In this document: one piece after another, positions 5,330-5,370 of the stretch
How positions within the stretch are numbered: position 1 is the stretch's first letter
How the letters are laid out: each line of letters opens with the position of its first letter
Assembly: GCA_963693365.1 (NCBI GenBank)
Contig: CAVNZM010000125.1
Coordinates: 1 to 5,370 of the forward strand
DNA length: 5,370 nucleotides
From: Amoebidium appalachense
Lineage: Eukaryota > Protista > Ichthyosporea
Direction: 5' to 3'
The notes under the pieces: generated by a model
Told to the model about the DNA's origin: nothing
Databases searched by the model: none
What the model saw: only the letters and a program-made list of their open reading frames with translations
Position numbers and translations under genes: made by a program

Positions 5330-5370
5330 AAATACTCTACCAATTGAGCTACAGAAGTGGGAATAGGTAC

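Larger units (their letters stand above)
5221..5358 (-). pseudogene. trnG: Chimeric tRNA-Gly(UCC) copy with a foreign 3' end
   Basis: The 5' part is near-identical to the first trnG. After the S element it reads CAGCT-ATTTC-AGTACCT-A, which pairs with neither its T-stem nor its acceptor. Confidence 0.78.
5094..5370. repeat. 143-bp-period tandem duplication running to the window edge
   Basis: 5094-5227 is colinear with 5237-5370 (tggtacctacgg...cagaagtg.gaataggtac). Confidence 0.9.

Overview
Non-coding, organelle-type DNA, most likely mitochondrial from a fungus or protist; a nuclear copy cannot be excluded. In order: (i) a structured direct repeat with a 216-bp period (1-442); (ii) an extremely divergent, apparently full-length SSU rRNA gene on the minus strand (~450-2045); (iii) a possible LSU domain V-VI-like fragment with a sarcin-ricin loop motif on the plus strand (weak); (iv) an atp9 pseudogene (2704-2900, minus); (v) a minus-strand array of 16 tRNA-like genes (2956-5358). 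Twelve of the 16 tRNAs are interrupted by three families of repeated insertions found only inside tRNAs. A 37-nt element (7 copies) and a 119-140-nt element (4 copies) both sit in the T-loop right after positions 54-55. A 28-nt element (3 copies) sits in the 5' strand of the anticodon stem. At least one tRNA is a chimera joined at an element. Neither supplied ORF looks real. All alignments and folds were done by eye from remembered consensus sequences.
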